Source: a virus
Lineage: Duplodnaviria > Caudoviricetes
Virus record (IMG/VR): IMGVR_UViG_3300015603_000077
Location: 1-47,661 of that record
Reading direction: 5' to 3' (one strand)
DNA length: 47,661 nt
The notes beneath the pieces were generated by a model that saw only the letters and a list, made by a program, of their open reading frames with translations, made no database searches and was not told the DNA's origin. Numbering within the stretch: the first letter of the stretch is position 1; the number at the start of each line of letters is the position of its first letter. The translations under genes and the position numbers were made by a program. Positions 1 through 8,178 of this stretch are shown here, piece after piece.

Positions 1-24
1 AATAAAACTTTAAATCTTTATAAA

Positions 25-405
25 GTGCTTGATGAAGATGAAAACTTAATCTATTTCTTCGTAGCAAAATCACCCGGTGAGGCACGATATGCTTTCTGTA
101 ATGAAAATGGAGGTTTAATGTTTGAAGAATCTTTTGATGTTGTAAGAATCAACATTGTACCTAAAATGAAAAAGTATATTAAAGGAGAATTTTCCGGATA
201 CCAGGTAGAGATGTTCTCTGATGAGTACTGGATAAAATCACTTTATGCTGAGGGTGGATCTTTTACGAACGGAAGTTGCGAATCAATTAATGATGAACAA
301 CTTTCTATTGAAGAAATGTTTGATAGAGAGTGTCGACATAAAGATGGTACAAAATGTGAAGGATGGGATGACGAGACTATTTGGATAAATCTACCAAAAA
401 AATAA
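25..405 (+). CDS. hypothetical protein
   Basis: 126-aa ORF with GTG start, same strand as neighbours, no recognised motif. Confidence 0.6.
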   Translation: MLDEDENLIYFFVAKSPGEARYAFCNENGGLMFEESFDVVRINIVPKMKKYIKGEFSGYQVEMFSDEYWIKSLYAEGGSFTNGSCESINDEQLSIEEMFDRECRHKDGTKCEGWDDETIWINLPKK

Positions 406-406
406 T

Positions 407-718
407 ATGGCAACACAATCAGCAACAAAATCTTTAGCAAAGCTCAGAAAAGAAGGTTATTTGTGTGCCATGGTGGAACGCTGGAATAAGTTTGCTGGAG
501 TCAGGCAGGATCTCTATGGCTTTATTGACATCTTGGCTATCCGGGAAGGAGAAATATTGGGAGTACAAACCACCAGCCTGAACTGTTTCGCAGAACATGT
601 GAAAAAGATATCAAAGCATAAAAACCTCATTCCAGTAAAGAAGAGCGGAATAAAAATAGTACTTCATGGTTGGTTTTTAGGAGAAAAGAAATGGGAATGT
701 AAGGAGAAAATATTCTAG
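407..718 (+). CDS. PD-(D/E)XK endonuclease (Holliday junction resolvase/VRR-NUC-like)
   Basis: LRKEGY...VER...QDLYGFIDILAI...GVQTTS pattern typical of small phage restriction-fold nucleases. Confidence 0.6.
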   Translation: MATQSATKSLAKLRKEGYLCAMVERWNKFAGVRQDLYGFIDILAIREGEILGVQTTSLNCFAEHVKKISKHKNLIPVKKSGIKIVLHGWFLGEKKWECKEKIF

Positions 719-722
719 GGTA

Positions 723-763
723 TTGACACAACTTTGACACTGTGCTAATATACTTAATATAAT
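723..763 (+). promoter_or_regulatory. tandem sigma70-type promoters
   Basis: TTGACA(723)-17-TAATAT(746) with TG extension; TTGACA(734)-18-TATAAT(758). Confidence 0.7.
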
Positions 764-780
764 CAATAACAAAAACGAAT

Positions 781-1068
781 ATGTTCTATAACACGGACAA
801 TGAGTCCGGCGAAGAGCTGAAACGCTCACGCGGAAACGCCTGGAAGCAAGACGAAATAATTCTGGAGCTTTTTCAGAAGAACCCGCTGAATAGTTACACG
901 CCTTTTGAAGTCATGGGTATACTTCAAATGACCCATGTTCCTATCACGTCGATCCGCCGGGCAATGAATAGTCTGACGCGAGATGGTTTGATAGAGAAGA
1001 CTCAAGAACAGCGTCTTGGGGAATACGGAAAACTTAATTATTGCTGGAAACTAATACAAAGCTATTAA
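781..1068 (+). CDS. winged helix-turn-helix DNA-binding protein
   Basis: TPFEV...ITSIRRAMNSLTRDGLIEK followed by a beta-hairpin wing. Confidence 0.6.
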   Translation: MFYNTDNESGEELKRSRGNAWKQDEIILELFQKNPLNSYTPFEVMGILQMTHVPITSIRRAMNSLTRDGLIEKTQEQRLGEYGKLNYCWKLIQSY

Positions 1069-1078
1069 TAATAAAATT

Positions 1079-1474
1079 ATGGAAGAAGAAATACTTTTAA
1101 AGGAAATTCGCGGAATATTTGATGGAGAAAAAATGGTTGTGTCTGATACATGCTCAATCCTCGTTCCAAGTAACTACGCATCGAAATCTATGCTGATCGC
1201 CGGGACAGAATTGGTTTACCGGGTGACAGATCAAAAATCATATTTTAAACAGGTTCATACCCCAAAAACAAAAACTGGAATAGGAAGGGTAATCAGGTTT
1301 GATGACAACCTAAGAGTTGAATTGAATAGCAATGGGGTTGTTTGTTACCTGTTATTTCTCAATGCTTTCGAGACATTCTATAATCTGAAAGAAGGAGATG
1401 AAGTTGTGTTTGTTTACCCAGAAAAACTTTCTAGAGCAGAGGATAATTGGTGCGCCATAGAGGCAAAATTATGA
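1079..1474 (+). CDS. homolog of a conserved CPR/Patescibacteria hypothetical protein family
   Basis: GIFDGEKM...VPSNYASKSML...FKQV...GDEVV...W.AIE resembles, from memory, the G.FDG..M...VPANYASKSKL family of Parcubacteria genomes. Confidence 0.6.
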   Translation: MEEEILLKEIRGIFDGEKMVVSDTCSILVPSNYASKSMLIAGTELVYRVTDQKSYFKQVHTPKTKTGIGRVIRFDDNLRVELNSNGVVCYLLFLNAFETFYNLKEGDEVVFVYPEKLSRAEDNWCAIEAKL

Positions 1475-1653
1475 TTAATCTTACTGATTGCATGGAGATC
1501 GGTTGTGCAAACGCCTTAGGGAAGAGGCATCGAGACCACATCAAAGAAGAAAAGAAAAAAGATAAAAATCATATTTGCACAAATCATTGCCAGTCCATAG
1601 AACATATACATCATATGGCGCTCCACGAATGGTATCAATCATCTAAAAAATAA
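1471..1653 (+). CDS. small Cys/His-rich hypothetical protein
   Basis: ATG at 1471 overlaps the upstream stop (ATGA); several C/H residues. Confidence 0.5.
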   Translation: MINLTDCMEIGCANALGKRHRDHIKEEKKKDKNHICTNHCQSIEHIHHMALHEWYQSSKK

Positions 1654-1656
1654 AAT

Positions 1657-1914
1657 ATGGAAACAAAAAAACTAATATTTGGAGACCCAGAATCAATCGC
1701 GTATAGAGACAGGGAAATCGAAAAAATGGAGAAAAAACAAGCAACTTTAGTAGAAGTAATTGAGCATGAAATAGAAGTAGAGCCAGAGTACGAATATAGC
1801 TATAAGTGTCCTCATTGTGGACAAATGGAAGATGGAGTACCAGATAGAGAAGTTGCTTATGATAAATTGGTTATCTGTTGTGGATGTAGAAAATGGTTAA
1901 AGCTAAAAATATGA
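1657..1914 (+). CDS. zinc-ribbon protein
   Basis: CPHC...CCGC. Confidence 0.6.
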   Translation: METKKLIFGDPESIAYRDREIEKMEKKQATLVEVIEHEIEVEPEYEYSYKCPHCGQMEDGVPDREVAYDKLVICCGCRKWLKLKI

Positions 1915-2225
1915 ATAATATGCCACTTAAGCTTCGGAAGGAGTGTGCAGAAGATCCATATTATAGTAAATGCCTACGTCATAAAGAGGGAAATTGTAGC
2001 GGAAAAATTACTTGGGAACATTGTTGGATGTACGCCGGAAAGCAAATTCAGGAGAAATGGGCGATAATTCCTTTGTGCTGGTGGCATCACTTGGGGATCG
2101 GCCTCAACAAGAAACTCAATCATTGGTTTTCAATCAATCGCATGACTCCAGAGGACATGAAAAAATACCCTAAGTTCAATTGGTTAAGAGAGAAAATTAT
2201 ACTTAATAAGCTTTATAAAAAATAA
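1911..2225 (+). CDS. HNH-like zinc-binding nuclease (Ref/DUF968-like)
   Basis: C..(x)..C...WEH...IIPLCWWHH pattern; ATGA overlap at 1911. Confidence 0.5.
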   Translation: MNNMPLKLRKECAEDPYYSKCLRHKEGNCSGKITWEHCWMYAGKQIQEKWAIIPLCWWHHLGIGLNKKLNHWFSINRMTPEDMKKYPKFNWLREKIILNKLYKK

Positions 2226-2226
2226 T

Positions 2227-2400
2227 ATGAAAGACTACGAACGAAAAATCATTGAGGAGTTTTCCGATGATGTAGCAAGAATGGCCGAGGAAATAAACGA
2301 TCTGCGTGATCAGCTGGTCGAAGCGAATAATACTATTGATGAAAAAGATGAAAAAATAGAAGAACTACAAGATGAAATCAATACATTAAACGATAAATAA
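2227..2400 (+). CDS. 57-aa acidic coiled-coil protein (not in ORF track)
   Basis: MKDYERKIIEEFSDDVARMAEEINDLRDQLVEANNTIDEKDEKIEELQDEINTLNDK fills the gap between neighbours exactly. Confidence 0.7.
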   Translation: MKDYERKIIEEFSDDVARMAEEINDLRDQLVEANNTIDEKDEKIEELQDEINTLNDK

Positions 2401-2401
2401 T

Positions 2402-2635
2402 ATGGCATTCACACCAAAACCAGGCTCAAGTAAAACAATAATAGAGTGTTTGCATTGCCATGATCGTTTCACGAGTTTAACCGGATCTTTTTGTTCCAAG
2501 TGTAAGACACCGGAAAAGCGAGCTGCCTTGGATGCAGCGAACAAGATAACGTGGGAAGAAAGTAAAAGTGTGACACCATTTCATTGTGAGTTTTGTGAGC
2601 ATGAAGCACGTAGAGAAGCTAATCGTAATAAATAA
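2402..2635 (+). CDS. small zinc-binding protein
   Basis: CLHC, CSKC and CEFC motifs. Confidence 0.55.
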   Translation: MAFTPKPGSSKTIIECLHCHDRFTSLTGSFCSKCKTPEKRAALDAANKITWEESKSVTPFHCEFCEHEARREANRNK

Positions 2636-2639
2636 TAAT

Positions 2640-2954
2640 ATGGACAGAACATTTTTACAGGAGAGAATTGAAACAAAGGCATACAGCAGGTTATCTTCTG
2701 AATATCACGATTGGAGAGAAAAGTTTGTTGGCAGGTCATTTGCAAGGGGTTTGGTAATAAAAGAAGCTGTTATCAACTCAACATTTCCTGAATACTTACC
2801 AAGTAAAAAGGATTGGGACAAGCACTTTGGAGAAACTCATAAAACTAATTTTTCAGAGTTGCTTAAAAAAAGAGAGATAGAGCTTATTGAGGAGGAAAGT
2901 GAACAAATCATCAATAAGTTATCGCAGTTGGATTATTTGTTTAATCAACAGTAA
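2640..2954 (+). CDS. hypothetical protein
   Basis: ATG at 2640 after an AT-rich spacer. Confidence 0.6.
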   Translation: MDRTFLQERIETKAYSRLSSEYHDWREKFVGRSFARGLVIKEAVINSTFPEYLPSKKDWDKHFGETHKTNFSELLKKREIELIEEESEQIINKLSQLDYLFNQQ

Positions 2955-2961
2955 AAGTAAT

Positions 2962-4197
2962 ATGGAAAAAGTAATATCAACGAATAGGGTGCCATTAAAA
3001 TTATGGCTGAATGATATAGAACAAGGAGCATTAGATCAGGCTCTTAATCTTACATGTCTGCCATTCGCGTTTCATCATGTTGCTATTATGCCGGACTCTC
3101 ATCAGGGTTATGGTATGCCTATTGGTGGCGTGTTGGCTACGAAAGGAGTAATTATACCAAACGCTGTAGGGGTAGATATTGGTTGTGGTATGTGTGCAGT
3201 CAAAACTTCTCTCACTGAAATTAATACTGATACGCTTAAAACTATTCTTGGAATGATCCGGGAGAGGGTACCAGTTGGATTTGAACACCATAAAGAAGCT
3301 CAGCCAATAAAGTTGATGCCAGGAATGGAGGAAATAAAAGATGGTGACTTCATTTTCGATATGAACCCAGATAGCATTGTATCAAAAGAGTGGAAAAAAG
3401 CTTTGAAATCGCTTGGTACTCTTGGAGGCGGAAATCATTTTATTGAGATTCAAAAAGGAAATGACGGACACATTTGGATTATGATTCACTCTGGATCGAG
3501 AAATCTTGGAAAACAAGTGGCAGATTATTATAACAAAATCGCTGTAGATCTAAATAAAAAGTGGCATAGCGGAATAGATCCTAAGTGGGAACTAGCATTT
3601 TTACCTTTGGATTCTGAAGAAGGAAAGGCATATATTAGAGAAATGGAGTACTGTGTTAAGTTTGCTTTGGCGAACAGAAAACACATGATGGATGCAGTAA
3701 TAGATATATTTAAAGAAGAGTTTGAAAATAAAGGAATGCAAGAAGATGGTGGAATAGATGTAAAACCAGGAATATTTTTTGAACCAATAATAAATATTGC
3801 TCACAACTATGCAAAGCTTGAAAACCATTTTGGAGAAAACGTTATTATCCACCGAAAAGGAGCCACACTTGCAGCCAGGGATACTATCGGAATTATACCA
3901 GGATCGCAAGGAACAAAATCCTACATCGTACGAGGCAAGGGCAACAGTGAATCTTTTTCCTCTTGTTCTCATGGCGCGGGAAGAAAGATGGGCAGAAAAG
4001 ATGCTGAGAGACGCCTCGATTTAAATGCCGAGATAAAATCGCTTGATGATATGGGTATTTTACATGCAATTCGTGGTAAAAAAGACCTTGATGAAGCTCC
4101 GGGAGCATATAAGGACATTGATTTGGTGATGAAAAACCAGGAGGATCTAGTCGAAATCCTTGTCGAACTTACACCGTTGGCCGTTGTTAAAGGATAA
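2962..4197 (+). CDS. rtcB: RtcB 3'-phosphate/5'-OH RNA ligase
   Basis: All hallmark motifs present: MPDSHQGYGMPIGG, GVDIGCGM, GTLGGGNHFIE, HSGSR, HNY, HRKGAT, SHGAGR, DEAPGAYK. Confidence 0.97.
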   Translation: MEKVISTNRVPLKLWLNDIEQGALDQALNLTCLPFAFHHVAIMPDSHQGYGMPIGGVLATKGVIIPNAVGVDIGCGMCAVKTSLTEINTDTLKTILGMIRERVPVGFEHHKEAQPIKLMPGMEEIKDGDFIFDMNPDSIVSKEWKKALKSLGTLGGGNHFIEIQKGNDGHIWIMIHSGSRNLGKQVADYYNKIAVDLNKKWHSGIDPKWELAFLPLDSEEGKAYIREMEYCVKFALANRKHMMDAVIDIFKEEFENKGMQEDGGIDVKPGIFFEPIINIAHNYAKLENHFGENVIIHRKGATLAARDTIGIIPGSQGTKSYIVRGKGNSESFSSCSHGAGRKMGRKDAERRLDLNAEIKSLDDMGILHAIRGKKDLDEAPGAYKDIDLVMKNQEDLVEILVELTPLAVVKG

Positions 4198-4201
4198 TAT
4201 T

Positions 4202-4576
4202 ATGAGACACAGAATGGCCACTCATACAGGTTTAGGTGGAAATGATTCTCCAGTTCTTTTGAACAATATGGGGGTTTTGGACAAAGCAAATAAAAATGTG
4301 ATGGAAGATTTTTTCAAAGAATATAACCATTCAGGCTGTGATTACGGAATATCAAAAGAAGAGTTAAAATTCGGAATAGAGCCAACTTATTTCGGTGATG
4401 ACTTAATTATCATTTCAATAAACAGAGAGAAAGGTAACTCATATATTCAAACAGGACACGCTTTCGGGATGTATGGAACTGGAATTAGAAGTAAAACAAA
4501 ATACTACAAAGATTATAAAACAAATAGTAAATTCGTTAGATTTATTGATAAATGGCATAAAAAAATCTATGGATAA
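4202..4576 (+). CDS. hypothetical protein
   Basis: ATG 4 nt after the rtcB stop. Confidence 0.6.
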   Translation: MRHRMATHTGLGGNDSPVLLNNMGVLDKANKNVMEDFFKEYNHSGCDYGISKEELKFGIEPTYFGDDLIIISINREKGNSYIQTGHAFGMYGTGIRSKTKYYKDYKTNSKFVRFIDKWHKKIYG

Positions 4577-5207
4577 GAAAGAATTAATCTGCGGAACTGA
4601 GATCGAGAAAATAAGAAAGGCCTTCTTCACCGGGAAGCTTGCAAAACTTTTGATTGATATTCAGGCTACAGGAGAATATACCGAGACCGACTTCATTCAA
4701 TTATCGGAATATTTGCATACACTGAAAAAACGAGATGAACAGATAACAAATAATTTTTCTAGCTTTCTACCAAAAATTGAAGTGATTGGCGACGATTCTG
4801 TACTTGATGAGCTAAATAAAGAGAGTTTGTCGGAGGCTGAGGTTGCAGAGCTGGAGAGAGAAAAAGGAAACCGATCATCCGCTGTGCAGTTTGCAAGTAA
4901 AATGCTTAAGGGGTTGTTCGTAAAGTTCTATAGCAAGACTGAACAGAACCCAAGCGAAGAAGAATTAATGGATATGGCATTCGAAATGTTGGGACTTCAA
5001 TACTATTTGATCCGGGATGCCGTTTATAAGGAACGACTCTATCGGCGCCGGATTATAGAATTTGAGCGATCCGGGAAGCAACGAAAAACCGCCGAGGAGT
5101 ATGCTAGAGGAGAGACAGTCTATCGCGAGTTCGTATTAGCAGAAGGATTGCGAGACTTGGCGATCGAGTTTATCAATCTGGCGAAAAAAAGATACAAGAA
5201 TATGTAA
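4569..5207 (+). CDS. helical hypothetical protein
   Basis: ATG at 4569 overlaps the upstream ORF end; charged, helical composition. Confidence 0.6.
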   Translation: MDKKELICGTEIEKIRKAFFTGKLAKLLIDIQATGEYTETDFIQLSEYLHTLKKRDEQITNNFSSFLPKIEVIGDDSVLDELNKESLSEAEVAELEREKGNRSSAVQFASKMLKGLFVKFYSKTEQNPSEEELMDMAFEMLGLQYYLIRDAVYKERLYRRRIIEFERSGKQRKTAEEYARGETVYREFVLAEGLRDLAIEFINLAKKRYKNM

Positions 5208-5286
5208 TTTTTTCAGTCTTCAATTCGAAATAATTCGGTCTTCACCCTCCAGAATAGACAAAAAAATTAAATATCATTTTTCACTG

Positions 5287-5314
5287 AAAAGCCCCTTAGA
5301 TAAGGGCTTTTTTT
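5287..5314 (+). terminator. intrinsic terminator, possibly bidirectional
   Basis: AAAAGCCC-loop-GGGCTTTTTTT. Confidence 0.8.
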
Positions 5315-5327
5315 GTATAACTTGCTA

Positions 5328-5356
5328 TTGACAGAGTGTAAAAGTAGTGATAAAGT
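5328..5356 (+). promoter_or_regulatory. sigma70 promoter of the early block
   Basis: TTGACA-17-TAAAGT with TGn extension. Confidence 0.7.
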
Positions 5357-5362
5357 ACAGCT

Positions 5363-5641
5363 ACACAACGAGCAAGCAACGAGGCACAGCCCGTAGCAAC
5401 AACGCTCAAAGTGCAAAAACTGGAAAATACGCATAGCGATTGACTGGTTTACAAAGAGAAAGATAGCCTCCTGTACCTTTTGAGAACGTCAATAACCAAG
5501 GAGAATGAAAATGTTTACTATTATTACGGTAACGGTTTCAATCGAGATGATGTTATATCTACGGCACAAATGCCAAAGGTAAAACACGAGAGAGAGCAAC
5601 GCATTTCTTTCGTGTCGCTCTCAAAGGGTACAGGGGTAGGC
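5363..5641 (+). ncRNA. putative large structured non-coding RNA
   Basis: 18-bp contiguous stem 5468-5485/5619-5636 (2 G-U), 12-bp inner stem 5584-5595/5604-5615 (2 G-U), further hairpins; lies directly after a promoter. Confidence 0.6.
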
Positions 5642-5685
5642 ACCTTAAAAATTGAAAATAAAACTAAAACTATAATTCTAAAATT

Positions 5686-5916
5686 ATGAGTGATACAAAG
5701 ACATATGTGATACAGGACTGGTTCGGATTATTCCATATTTTCCAGAGCCAGGGAGATTTCAAGAGTGTATATGTATGGTGGTTGACGAATAATGATTATT
5801 TCATTGGTACTCAGTACGCTATAAGCACGGAAGATCTTCGGGAAAAGCTTATGAGTATGGGAGTTGAAACGATTGAGTACTATAGCGTACACGATTATAA
5901 TTTTCAAAGAAAATAA
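5686..5916 (+). CDS. early hypothetical protein
   Basis: first of a tightly packed run of small ORFs. Confidence 0.6.
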   Translation: MSDTKTYVIQDWFGLFHIFQSQGDFKSVYVWWLTNNDYFIGTQYAISTEDLREKLMSMGVETIEYYSVHDYNFQRK

Positions 5917-5918
5917 TT

Positions 5919-6176
5919 ATGATACATTTCAAAGGAGATTGTTGTGCTAGCGATATGATTATAGCGAATAGGTGCGGACTTGCCTGTAGTAACTGCGGAG
6001 CTTGCAAGTGTATGGGCGAATACGAAGGCGAGTATGAGAAGAGAATTATGTTGAAGAATCTTGAGAATCTCAGACAGCGGACTATTTCGATACACGAGAC
6101 TATCCCGCATCAATATAGTTTTCCGCATTTTCAAGTAAAAGATATAGACGAAGAGATTAAAAAATTAAAATATTAA
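5919..6176 (+). CDS. small Cys-rich early protein
   Basis: CC...CGLACSNCGACKC. Confidence 0.55.
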   Translation: MIHFKGDCCASDMIIANRCGLACSNCGACKCMGEYEGEYEKRIMLKNLENLRQRTISIHETIPHQYSFPHFQVKDIDEEIKKLKY

Positions 6177-6180
6177 GATT

Positions 6181-6465
6181 ATGAGCCAGTACAAAGATTG
6201 GGGAACAAGCGAATTGATTGAGGAGCTTGAGAAAAGAGACAATCAATATAGAAGTATTTTTGCGAACGAGTTTCTTATTTATACCAACAATAACACTTAC
6301 AGGATTTTTTGGTCAGAACAAGATAACGGTGGTTGGATGTACGATATTTGGGAAAATAGGTCAATAAGTTGGGAGCAGTGCGATGAGATAGACGCAACAG
6401 ACGGCGGATTTTGCACAGGTTCATTGTACAGTGCAATGGAGATGGCAGGGATTGATATAGCATAA
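6181..6465 (+). CDS. acidic early hypothetical protein
   Basis: ORF in a tightly packed operon. Confidence 0.6.
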   Translation: MSQYKDWGTSELIEELEKRDNQYRSIFANEFLIYTNNNTYRIFWSEQDNGGWMYDIWENRSISWEQCDEIDATDGGFCTGSLYSAMEMAGIDIA

Positions 6466-6482
6466 TTACTAAAAATAAAGCT

Positions 6483-7085
6483 ATGAAAACATTTAAAGAA
6501 GTAGTTGAGCGTAAAAAATTAGAGATTTATTACGATAATAATTGCGAAAGCCCGAGGGAGTGGGACAATTTGGGAATATTTGTCAGTAAGAGCATAGGAG
6601 ACGACCAAGTGGACAGCCACGGACAAGTGAAAGATGAAGCTAAAGAGCTTATGAGCTTTATGGAAGAGTTAGCAGAAGAAAAAGACTTTTCGAATGTTGG
6701 CGAACATATTGCCGAGGCTCAGAAGCAAAAGCCAGAATATATGATTTTTCCGATTAACAAGTATGAGCATAGCAGTATATCTTTGACAGTTGGAGTCCGT
6801 GGTGGTTTTGATAATTGTACGACAGGCTTTTATTTTGTGAACATTGAAAAGGGAGAAGCGAAAGATGAGAATTACAGCCGAGAAAAAATGCTTGATATTA
6901 TTGCAGGAGAGATGGAGACTTTGACGAAGTGGATAAACGGCGAAGTATATGGGTTCAATTTATACGATGATGAAGGTGAAGAAGTTGATAGTGTTAGCGG
7001 ATTTTATGATATTGATGATATAAAGTCCGATTTGCCAGAAGAGTGGATAGACGAAGATTTGAGCCAGTACCTTGTAAACAATTAA
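6483..7085 (+). CDS. acidic conserved phage early protein, possible anti-restriction role
   Basis: SPREWDNLG...HS.ISL...W.NGEVYGF...DSVSGFY motif seen in phage early regions; very acidic; function is inference. Confidence 0.55.
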   Translation: MKTFKEVVERKKLEIYYDNNCESPREWDNLGIFVSKSIGDDQVDSHGQVKDEAKELMSFMEELAEEKDFSNVGEHIAEAQKQKPEYMIFPINKYEHSSISLTVGVRGGFDNCTTGFYFVNIEKGEAKDENYSREKMLDIIAGEMETLTKWINGEVYGFNLYDDEGEEVDSVSGFYDIDDIKSDLPEEWIDEDLSQYLVNN

Positions 7086-7095
7086 AATAAAACGT

Positions 7096-7254
7096 ATGGA
7101 ATATATCGAATTATTATTGAGTGCGAAACATTGGTTTTTATTCTTTGATAAAGGACGGGCAGAAGAAAAAGCAAAGGATCTAAAAAAACAAGGTTTTCAA
7201 TCGAAGATTATCAAGGAGCGAGGCAGTCAGTGGACAGTATTTCAATTAACATAA
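7096..7254 (+). CDS. 52-aa protein with SPOR-like pattern (not in ORF track)
   Basis: MEYIELLLSAKHWFLFFDKGRAEEKAKDLKKQGFQSKIIKERGSQWTVFQLT fills the gap. Confidence 0.6.
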   Translation: MEYIELLLSAKHWFLFFDKGRAEEKAKDLKKQGFQSKIIKERGSQWTVFQLT

Positions 7255-7258
7255 TTAT

Positions 7259-7462
7259 ATGATATTAAAAAATAGAACAGTGCAGTTTTGCAACGACGGT
7301 TGGGGAAAGATTTCAATGAATATCTATAAAGAAGGTGAAAACGGGGTGTTGGAATATGAGAAAAATGTAAAGATTGAGGGTATGGAAGGTGTGGATATTG
7401 AAGTGTCAGTGCCGAAGTTTAAGCGAACAGAATACGGGAAGATAATTAAAATTAAAGAATAA
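7259..7462 (+). CDS. early hypothetical protein
   Basis: ORF in operon. Confidence 0.55.
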   Translation: MILKNRTVQFCNDGWGKISMNIYKEGENGVLEYEKNVKIEGMEGVDIEVSVPKFKRTEYGKIIKIKE

Positions 7463-7466
7463 TTTT

Positions 7467-7724
7467 ATGAGCGTACGAGCATATAAGCTTATTGAGGTGA
7501 AGCACGAGGAAAAGGCAACGTTCAATTGTTACCAAGATAGCAATATTTTGAATCACGCGAATCTTTCAAAGTATGATGATGGTGGTATTGTTGAATTTAT
7601 GAGGGAAACGATTGAGGAATTGATTGCCGATGAAGAATCAGACGAGGGATTGCGAGAGACGGCGAAGGATATTTTGAAGGATTTCGCCGAGGATGATGAT
7701 TATATTGAATATTATTGTTATTAA
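7467..7724 (+). CDS. acidic early hypothetical protein
   Basis: D/E-rich ORF in operon. Confidence 0.6.
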   Translation: MSVRAYKLIEVKHEEKATFNCYQDSNILNHANLSKYDDGGIVEFMRETIEELIADEESDEGLRETAKDILKDFAEDDDYIEYYCY

Positions 7725-7728
7725 AATT

Positions 7729-8049
7729 ATGCAAAAAATTACACGCCAGCAGTTTATGGAATATTTTCGTTCCGACGCTTACAGTGAAGAATTGAGTGCG
7801 GACGATTGCAAAGAGATATTTATTGGAAGCTTGAAGGGTTCAAGTGATTTCACGCCAGAGCTATTGAGTGAGTTAGAAAGCAATTATGGTGTTGATATCG
7901 CAAAGGTGAAGGGGCAGGAGTTCATTGATATGCTTGATACTCAGATAGCGGTTGAATCGAATCACGAGCTAGATGAGAATTGGACGCCAGATTATAAAGA
8001 GGGATACATTGACGGTATCAAGAGAAGGAGAGAATTATTTCTTGATTGA
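7729..8049 (+). CDS. acidic early hypothetical protein
   Basis: ATG at 7729; C-terminal YKEGYIDG motif. Confidence 0.6.
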   Translation: MQKITRQQFMEYFRSDAYSEELSADDCKEIFIGSLKGSSDFTPELLSELESNYGVDIAKVKGQEFIDMLDTQIAVESNHELDENWTPDYKEGYIDGIKRRRELFLD

Positions 8050-8118
8050 CACAGTGTAAAGCCAGTGATAAAATGCAAGCTCAAAAGGCTTGCTTTTTTC
8101 TTTTATATATGCTACAAT
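8046..8118 (+). promoter_or_regulatory. two sigma70 promoters interleaved with a terminator
   Basis: TTGACA(8046)-17-TAAAAT(8069) and TTGCTT(8090)-17-TACAAT(8113), both TG-extended. Confidence 0.65.
8075..8100 (+). terminator. intrinsic terminator
   Basis: GCAAGC-TCAAAAG-GCTTGC-TTTTTT. Confidence 0.7.
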
Positions 8119-8178
8119 AGGTGTACGGGTGAAGCAGTAACTAACTAACACGGGTTAGGGTGAAGCCCCAAAAACAAA

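Noticed and set aside
5480-5689. 69-aa ORF
   Set aside because: TTG start buried in an 18-bp RNA stem; better explained as ncRNA
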